A DNA stretch of 64,000 nt from Selaginella moellendorffii (Eukaryota > Plantae > Lycopodiophyta): positions 277,098 through 341,097 of the forward strand of contig NW_003314264.1 in the NCBI RefSeq assembly GCF_000143415.4. The letters run 5' to 3'. Shown here piece after piece: positions 63,941 through 64,000 of this stretch; position 1 is the first letter of the stretch, and the number at the start of each line of letters is the position of its first letter. The notes beneath the pieces were generated by a model. The model saw only the letters and a program-made list of their open reading frames with translations. It made no database searches and was not told the DNA's origin. Made by a program: the position numbers and the translations under genes.

Positions 63941-64000
63941 CACTGTCAAAGGCTTGGGGAAGGCAATGCTGCTGGTGACTATCAGACTGTCTTCGATGGG

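Overview
Eukaryotic land-plant genomic DNA. The 40-60 bp GT-AG introns, near-zero intergenic spacers and GC-rich exons suggest a compact lycophyte such as Selaginella (inference). There are four zones. (1) 1-5.3 kb: AT-rich decayed LTR-retroelement debris, including 5S-rRNA-derived (Cassandra-like) TRIM LTRs. (2) 5.4-34.2 kb: a very dense block of 15 intron-containing genes (coiled-coil protein, GHR1/SIRK1-type LRR pseudokinase, UNC-50, otubain, MED27, HEN2, ALP1-like dead Harbinger nuclease, UAH, 9x CCHC zinc knuckle, RimP-like, UXS, RBM34/NOP12, mTERF2, NCA1, Tudor-SN), several only 6-63 bp apart. (3) 36.3-57.5 kb: a nest of non-coding LARD-like LTR retrotransposons, with a young full copy (CTCCG TSD) inserted into a tandem copy of its own family beside a tRNA-T-arm-like hairpin array. 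(4) 57.5-64 kb: a probable mobile element whose five ORF-track fragments splice in frame into one ~1,600-aa gene (ParB/Srx-like domain, degenerate beta-class amino-methyltransferase-like region, low-complexity linker, FCP1/NIF-type HAD domain) broken by a single in-frame TAA. This element carries at least 10 copies of a 22-bp palindrome, ATGGCRTG-N6-CAYGCCAT, mostly in introns. Zone 4 is the best candidate for an undescribed system. All identifications are by motif recognition; no database searches were run.
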